Of a DNA stretch of 64,000 nt, positions 62,385 through 64,000 are shown piece by piece. The stretch covers positions 5,393,360-5,457,359 of the forward strand of contig NC_043019.1 in assembly GCF_006345805.1 (NCBI RefSeq). Reading direction: 5' to 3'. Position numbers and translations under genes: made by a program. The notes beneath the pieces are model-generated. The model ran no database searches. It saw only the letters and a list, made by a program, of their open reading frames with translations, and had not been told where the DNA came from. The number at the start of each line of letters is the position of its first letter. The stretch's first letter is position 1. The stretch comes from Octopus sinensis. Lineage: Eukaryota.

Positions 62385-62937
62385 GTGAGTATACTGTTGC
62401 TGTATATAGCAGTGGTTTCCTAACTTTGTGAAGGGGGCTGCTGCTCCCTTGGTACTCCCCTTCCTATGCATCACCACAAACATAGACCACCTCCTGAAGC
62501 AAATTCACAAATGTAAAACAGCTGTGTTTCACAAATATGTCATAGATTATGTTTTATTAACCCATTATTTTGTTGTTTTTACATCTATCGCCCCCTTTTG
62601 GCCACCCCATTATTGCCTCCATTTTTCTTCAATGCACCCCCTGGGTCTTTCCACTACCCCCAGGGGTGCAGTACTACCCACTTTATGAACCACTGGTTTC
62701 TAGTGACTGTAGTGTATACAGCGAGTGTATGTTAACCCTTTTGATACCAATGAGCCTGACACCACCCCCAGTTCTATGACATAAACTTGCTGTTTTGAAG
62801 TCGTCAAAATTATAATTTTTCCATCAAAATTTATGTTGGTTTGTTGCAGACCCCGGCTTAATAACAAGAAAGTTATTTTACTAAATACTTCATTGTTTTA
62901 AAAATCAACTGAAAGGCAGCATTCATTGACAGAAATC

Positions 62938-63638
62938 CTCATCATCATCGTTTAACGTCCGCTCTCCATGCTAGCATGGGTTTGATGGTTCGACCGGGGA
63001 TCTGGGAAGCCAGAAGGCTTCACCAGGCTCCGGTCTGATCTGGCAGTGTTTCTACAGCTGGATGCCCTTCCTAACGCCAACCACTCCGTAAGTGTAGTGG
63101 GTGCTTTTTACGTGCCACCGGCACAGGTGCCAGACGGGTCTGGCAAACGGCCACGGTCGAATGTTGCGTTTTATGTGTCACTGGCACGGGGGCCAGGCGA
63201 GGCTGGTGACGGCCACGATCGGATGGTGCTTTTTACATGCCACCAGCACGGGGGCCAGGCGAGGCTGGCAACGGCCACGATTGGATGGTGCTTTTAACGT
63301 GCCACCAGCACGGGGGCCAGGCGAGGCTGGCAACAGCCACTATCGGATGGTGCTTTTTACATGCCACCGGCATGGAGGCCCGTCGGGGCGGCACTGGCAA
63401 CGGCCATGTTCGGATGGTTCGCTTACGTGCCACCGGCACTGGTATCACAGCTACAATTTCCATTGATGTTGATGGATTTTGATTTTGATTTCCACTTGCC
63501 TCAACAGGTCTTCACAAGTAGAGTTTTGTGTCCCAAGAAGGAAAGGTATGTATAAGTGGACTGGCTACATCCCAGGTAGAGGCCATGGGTTATGGTCTCA
63601 CTTGTCCTGCTGGATCTTCTCACGCACAGCATACTTCC
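62938..63638 (-). mobile_element. Longest RTE 3' fragment: ORF end, 3'UTR with ~5 tandem 62-bp modules, (GAT)n tail
   Basis: 63500-63638 is homologous to the ORF end and 3'UTR start of the RTE at 47640-47730 (TATGCTGT..TGAGAAGA..C.GCA.G). Confidence 0.75.
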
Positions 63639-64000
63639 ATATATATATATGTGTGTGTGTTTGTGTGTCTGTGTTTGTCCCACAACATCACTTAACAACT
63701 GATGCTGGTGTGTTTACATCCCCTTATCTTAGCGGTTCAGCAAAAAGAGACCAATAGAATAAGTACTAGGCTTACAAAGAATAAGTGCTGGGGTTGATTT
63801 GCTCAACTAAAAGGTGGTGCTCCAGCATGGCCACAATCAAATGACTGAAACAAGTAAAAGAGTAAAAAGTAAAAGAGTAACTTAGCAGCCCAACAATTGA
63901 TAAAATTGATAAAGTAATTGTGATGTTGTTAATGTTGTTTGTTCATTAATTAAAATGTCAAAGTACATTTATTTATTTTTCTTAATTAGATTTGGGCTGT

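Noticed and set aside
63100-63450. Repeat-spacer (CRISPR-like) arrangement of the 62-bp modules
   Set aside because: The variable parts are homologous to each other (GCCAG...CTGGCAACG), so they are diverged tandem units, not acquired spacers.
63540-63620. HDV-like ribozyme at the head of the long repeat
   Set aside because: No P2 partner was found, and the region is homologous to the RTE ORF end rather than a 5' end.

Overview
Eukaryotic, AT-rich, repeat-dense DNA. The SINE/LINE/MITE content and gene structure suggest an octopus (inference). Three protein-coding genes can be supported. (1) The last two coding exons of a class A neuropeptide GPCR of the CCAP/NPS receptor type (+; 3006-3186 and 15559-15844, splice phases match). 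(2) A complete six-exon RBM8A/Y14 gene (-; 43353 to 28444, 176 aa). (3) Head-to-head with it, the 5' five coding exons of mitochondrial methionine aminopeptidase METAP1D (+; 46459 to 62384, continuing beyond the window). The rest is mobile DNA: a chain of R4/Dong-type retrotransposons and a non-autonomous partner inserted into each other's (TAA)n tracts in the GPCR intron; HERO-, CR1- and RTE-type LINE fragments; Merlin, mariner and Tigger transposase relics; Merlin-, piggyBac- and mariner-type MITEs; Helitrons; tRNA-derived SINEs; and a 24-copy 61-bp array derived from an RTE 3'UTR module. The most notable signal is a set of (TA)n-associated Penelope-like short elements carrying minimal type I hammerhead-ribozyme folds with non-canonical cores (CCGANGA in three copies, CUGUUGA in one). 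Two of these sit as an inverted pair inside a METAP1D intron. All assignments are by eye; no database searches were run. TE boundaries are approximate unless a TSD or TIR is cited.
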